Source: Candidatus Latescibacterota bacterium (GTDB lineage Bacteria; Latescibacterota; UBA2968). From it: 64,000 bases of DNA. The notes beneath the pieces are model-generated. The model did no database searches, had not been told where the DNA came from, and saw only the letters and a program-made list of their open reading frames with translations. The stretch spans positions 5,440,001 through 5,504,000 of the forward strand of contig OZ244960.1 of the NCBI GenBank assembly GCA_965222605.1, in the 5' to 3' direction. The translations under genes were made by a program, and so were the position numbers. Shown here piece after piece: positions 60,585-64,000 of this stretch (position 1 is its first letter; the number at the start of each line of letters is the position of its first letter).

Positions 60585-62003
60585 TCACCTCGCCGTATAA
60601 TCCCCCTCCAAAATACAGGGGCGACCATCGCGGGCCATCAGTGCAATCCGCGCCAATCCATGCTGTAAAAAACTCGGCCCCATCTGCGACTCGTACCAAT
60701 CAATTCCCGACGCACCTCTCGGCAAATCGCCGTCCATATAGATGGCCATAAGCTTCTCGGCAAGGGCCATGCCCCCGTCCAGCCACCTGGCCTCTCCCGT
60801 CAGATCATATAAATCTGCCAACAACCCCAACCCCAATCCGGCATCCATCGCCGGTACGGCAATGTCATCCGGGAAATCGGTTTCCAAATAGCTCTTTCCA
60901 ACCGCGACGGCCCACGCAAAAAGCCCTTGATGGGTCCGAATGCGATGGCCACACAGGGCAAACAGTGCGACATAACAAGCGGGCCAGTTTCCATATACGC
61001 TGCCCCAAACCGACATCGTTCCATTCGCCTCGTTGGAACCCCGGTGAGAGGAAATCACATAAATACCCCGTTCCAGATCGTGGGGGGCCTTTAAAAATCC
61101 GTCGATATAAACGGCCGCCCGTTCTCTCATGCGAGTGGCCAGATTTGGTAACGCACCTGCAATCAACTCGGCGGATTCAAGCAGGCTCACCCCCAGGGAG
61201 AGCGTCTGCCCAGGCGCATTGATTTGATAAAAATCCTCATCGTCCTCGGGCGACCGGCTCTCCGACTGCAGCAGGCCCAGGTCGTCCCGCTTCTCCCACC
61301 AGTAGTCCAGCATGGTTTCGATCTGTTGTACAAAATCCGTCCGACCCGTCTTCAAGTGGGCAAACGCCCAATCGAAAATGTAAAATCCCCCATGCCTCGG
61401 GAAATCGCAGGACCGCGTCCCTCGGGCATAGGGGCGTTTCTCATCGATATAAGCATGTCGAATGTATTCCAGCGGCTTCCCTTCGGTCCAATGTCCGTCG
61501 ATCCCCTCGGCAAAGCGCTCGACGCATGGCGGATTGAAGGCATACAGTTTTTCCCACAGCCAGAGCGGTGCCTGTCGCAGGTGATCGTGTGTCGTCTTAC
61601 TGGGCCTTGCCCCCTCCCGCAACTGATAGCTGTCTGCCACCCGATTTTCCACCAGGTGCCAGTACGCGTGTTCTCCCCAGGGAAAAATACCCGTTATCGT
61701 ATCCGTGCAGTGGGTCGCAAACCGCTGCAAATACCGGTCTGCCGCCTGTGCATAATCCGGACGGTCCAACGCCTCGGCAAGCGCGTACATCGTCTTCAGC
61801 GCCGTCTGATCGTGGATCAGATTGCTGCCCAGGTGTGACCGATCGCCGTCTCGCTGTCCCGCAATCCCCGGCGGCATTTCCGTCATCATCTGATGGGTCG
61901 ATCTATCAATGATCGAAGGGAACAACCCCTCATAGGTCGCTCCCAATGCGATCAGAATATCCAGCGAACAGCACACCTTCTCAAGCATGGTTTCGGGGTT
62001 CAT
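60585..62003 (-). CDS. Alpha/alpha-barrel protein, possibly PL2 pectate-lyase-like
   Basis: GSNLIHDQ..YAQAADRYL..TGIFPWGEH, DFPRHGG; family call is an inference. Confidence 0.45.
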   Translation of the reverse strand: MNPETMLEKVCCSLDILIALGATYEGLFPSIIDRSTHQMMTEMPPGIAGQRDGDRSHLGSNLIHDQTALKTMYALAEALDRPDYAQAADRYLQRFATHCTDTITGIFPWGEHAYWHLVENRVADSYQLREGARPSKTTHDHLRQAPLWLWEKLYAFNPPCVERFAEGIDGHWTEGKPLEYIRHAYIDEKRPYARGTRSCDFPRHGGFYIFDWAFAHLKTGRTDFVQQIETMLDYWWEKRDDLGLLQSESRSPEDDEDFYQINAPGQTLSLGVSLLESAELIAGALPNLATRMRERAAVYIDGFLKAPHDLERGIYVISSHRGSNEANGTMSVWGSVYGNWPACYVALFALCGHRIRTHQGLFAWAVAVGKSYLETDFPDDIAVPAMDAGLGLGLLADLYDLTGEARWLDGGMALAEKLMAIYMDGDLPRGASGIDWYESQMGPSFLQHGLARIALMARDGRPCILEGDYTAR

Positions 62004-62087
62004 CAGCGTCCTCCGGTCTAAAGAAAAGAATTATATAGGGTCTTTTAGGGGGCAGGTCAAGCGGTGTAGGGTGTGGTTGGAGCGGCC

Positions 62088-63176
62088 TTACCTGGCCAGA
62101 CCTCGCTCGACCTTCCGCTCAAACTCGCGCATCTGATCCGCCCCATCTAACACGCCGATTTCCATGTTGAACTCGCGCACTTCGTCCGGTTCAATGTACT
62201 GCAAGGTCCCGTGCTTGCGGTTCCAGGCGCGACCGAGCACCGAGCAGTTGCCCGGCTCAATGCCGGTGACGTAGGTGCCCTTGTGGAAGTGCTGCCAGTG
62301 GTTGACGATGGGGATCTCGCTGTGCTTGAACTGCCAATACAATCCCAAACCGAGCTTTTCGTTGAGCAGGCCGATGTGGACGCGTCCCTGGCGATCAGTG
62401 CGGGGCCGATGCACGTACACATCGTCGTGGGCGCGCGGTTGCGGCCCTTTGGCCACAGTGTAGGCCTCGGGGCCGACGGGGCGGTCCGCGGTCCACTCGG
62501 TGCTCTCGCGGCTGTGGAGGACGAGGCGCGTTCCTTCGTCGAGGAGGGGGAAGCCGGGGTTGCAGTGATACACGAACATGAGGGGCGAACGGTCGACGGC
62601 GAGGTTTTCGATGCGGTCGCGGATGTGGATGCTCCGCTCGCCGAGCACGGTCGAAATCTCGCGCGACAGCTCTAAATTCTCGGCAAAGACCTCGGCCTGG
62701 CGCATTTGGCCGCGGATGCGCACGACGTAATCCGCGCCCTCCCAGCCAGCCTCAATGCCGACGTTCTTCGCCGGTATGTACGAGAGGCGACCGTGTAATG
62801 GCATCTCGGCGTTTTCTTCTTCGGGATCAACTTCTGGGTGGCCGACAAAGTCGAGGCCGCAAGAGGTTACTAGCCCGCCGAACCAGCCGCGCCCCCATTT
62901 GAAGCCCTCTGGCTCGTAGAAGGCCGGCCCGACGTCTCCGGGTCCGGAACGGAAGCACAGCGACTGGCCCTTGTAGTGGGCCGAGGCAATGTCGAGGGCG
63001 CGGCCGGGCAATACGGAAAACCCCAGGCCCGAAGCGTTGAATACGTCGATGAGATCGGCGCCGCGCTCGAATCCTTCGCTGCGCTCGGCGCGGCGGGCGT
63101 ACATGAGTTGGCTGATGTCGCCGACGCGGTTGAGCAGTTGGCGGCGAGTGAAGTTGCGGCCGAAGAGCTTGGGCAT
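62088..63176 (-). CDS. Aldose 1-epimerase family (DUF4432-like)
   Basis: LPGRALDI, GGLVTSCGL, PLHGR, YHCNPGFP, GIEP. Confidence 0.85.
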   Translation of the reverse strand: MPKLFGRNFTRRQLLNRVGDISQLMYARRAERSEGFERGADLIDVFNASGLGFSVLPGRALDIASAHYKGQSLCFRSGPGDVGPAFYEPEGFKWGRGWFGGLVTSCGLDFVGHPEVDPEEENAEMPLHGRLSYIPAKNVGIEAGWEGADYVVRIRGQMRQAEVFAENLELSREISTVLGERSIHIRDRIENLAVDRSPLMFVYHCNPGFPLLDEGTRLVLHSRESTEWTADRPVGPEAYTVAKGPQPRAHDDVYVHRPRTDRQGRVHIGLLNEKLGLGLYWQFKHSEIPIVNHWQHFHKGTYVTGIEPGNCSVLGRAWNRKHGTLQYIEPDEVREFNMEIGVLDGADQMREFERKVERGLAR

Positions 63177-63209
63177 GAGGAACCTCCTGTAGCAAATGCT
63201 GATCGTTAA

Positions 63210-64000
63210 TTAACGGACAAAGATCTGAAATTCGACCTGAACCGGTTTATGGTCGGATGGATAAACACCGTCGACATTGTAGTCCACGACCTCATACGAG
63301 CGGACTTCAACGTCCCCTCTGAACAAAATCCAGTCGATTCCGCTGCCGCCTTCTATACTGTCTTTCAGTACGCCAGGCTCTCCCGAGCCTTTATCTCCGA
63401 CAAATGCTCTATAGACATCGCTCTCCGGTCTTGCGTTGAAATCTCCCAACAGAAACACAGGGCGCGGCCTGGTCCATTCACCAAACCGGTCGAGCGCACG
63501 GACCCGCTCGACAATTAGTCTTGCACTATTCAGCCTTGCCAGAGCCATTCCCTCGCCTGGGGCCAGATGCGTGTTGAAGACATACAACTCCTGAGTATTC
63601 TCCCAGTGCCCCCTGTAGTCCATTGGGTAGGGACTCGTTTCTTTAGCTGCCGGTCTGTTGATGATCGCGAGGCGGGCCCATGTGACCATACGAGGATTGT
63701 CAGTAGGGCCGCTACCGATGACTTCCGGCGTTTCCGATAGCTGAAAACTGCCCATTTCCCTGAGGCGGAATCTCTCGCGCTTGAAGAAGATGGCCATATG
63801 CTCGTCATCATCCCCACCCTTTCGGCCTTCTCCGATGACCACGTATTCAGGCAAATGATCCATCAGATAGTCGATCTGCTCCTTCAAGCCTTCCTGGCTA
63901 CCAATGATGTCAGGACTGTGTTTGCGAATCAGCGCCACTTGCATATCGCGCCGTACTTCCCAGGGTGGCTCAAACATGGGACTGGCATACTTCAGGTTGT
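63210..64000 (-). CDS. Endonuclease/exonuclease/phosphatase family, 5' end outside the window
   Basis: NLKYA, PDIIGSQE, FNTHL, GDFNA, IDWI, PSDHKPV. Confidence 0.9.
   Translation of the reverse strand, partial: NLKYASPMFEPPWEVRRDMQVALIRKHSPDIIGSQEGLKEQIDYLMDHLPEYVVIGEGRKGGDDDEHMAIFFKRERFRLREMGSFQLSETPEVIGSGPTDNPRMVTWARLAIINRPAAKETSPYPMDYRGHWENTQELYVFNTHLAPGEGMALARLNSARLIVERVRALDRFGEWTRPRPVFLLGDFNARPESDVYRAFVGDKGSGEPGVLKDSIEGGSGIDWILFRGDVEVRSYEVVDYNVDGVYPSDHKPVQVEFQIFVR

Overview
A 64-kb bacterial accessory region with no core genes, rRNA, tRNA or CRISPR array. Its content (several sulfatases, eight PhyH-type Fe(II)/2-oxoglutarate dioxygenase genes or relics, Gfo/Idh/MocA oxidoreductases, TIM-barrel sugar isomerases, glycosidase-like proteins) resembles organisms such as Latescibacterota or Poribacteria, but that taxonomy is only an inference. 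It also holds katG, an RND efflux trio and an intact IS1341-type TnpB element whose ends can be placed exactly. The segment at about 21.0-33.2 kb is a mobile-element and toxin-antitoxin hotspot: IS66, IS3, IS982, IS1182-type ends, MNT-HEPN, orphan antitoxins, integrase fragments and a three-copy promoter/leader. Most unusual observations: (i) two IS1182-type elements each inserted at the same offset inside IS3-type terminal repeats, each with a 6-bp target duplication; (ii) about ten 'hollowed' genes that keep their ends but lack their middle, plus deletion fusions and scraps of neighbouring genes, suggesting intense local gene shuffling; (iii) two genes frameshifted by short tandem duplications in their first ten codons; (iv) an orphan IS200/IS605 right end fused to a tandem P-loop kinase gene. 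All product calls come from motifs read by eye, with no database search.
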